DNA from: Monocercomonoides exilis PA203
Lineage: Eukaryota; Protista; Preaxostyla
Reading direction: 5' to 3'
NCBI GenBank assembly: GCA_001643675.2
Contig: LSRY02000042.1
Span: 248,001 to 312,000 of the forward strand
Length of the DNA stretch: 64,000 nucleotides
Numbering within the stretch: position 1 is the stretch's first letter; every line of letters starts with the position of its first letter. The notes below the pieces were generated by a model that was given only the letters and a program-made list of their open reading frames with translations, had not been told where the DNA came from and did no database searches. The position numbers were made by a program, and so were the translations under genes. Shown in pieces: positions 61,870 through 64,000 of the stretch.

Positions 61870-64000
<2,131 letters not shown>

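Overview
AT-rich eukaryotic (protist) genomic DNA with short spliceosomal introns, poly-Glu/poly-Ser tracts and microsatellites. The gene families most resemble an oxymonad such as Monocercomonoides (inferred from family recognition, not a search). Host genes: a multi-TM F-box gene running off the left edge; a disrupted ~4,000-aa receptor (Pmp-like GGA[I/L] ectodomain, one TM, tyrosine-kinase-like pseudokinase); an intronless bacterial-type MATE transporter; two more single-pass surface proteins; six copies of an unknown 3-exon alpha-helical family arranged as three tail-to-tail pairs; and a multi-exon gene running off the right edge. The middle holds two nested DNA-transposon clusters. In the first, a Merlin/IS1595-type transposase is split by a foldback and by a non-autonomous hAT-like element. 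The second is a 13.5-kb nest (39302-52812): a pogo-like element contains a long-TIR Merlin and a hAT, and the hAT contains a MITE with a perfect 8-bp TSD. Three of these transposons enclose host gene fragments between their TIRs, two of them from the expanded families in this window. One inverted gene pair shows block-wise identity suggestive of gene conversion. Several frameshifts lie in homopolymers and may be sequencing errors. No rRNA, tRNA or CRISPR array was recognised.
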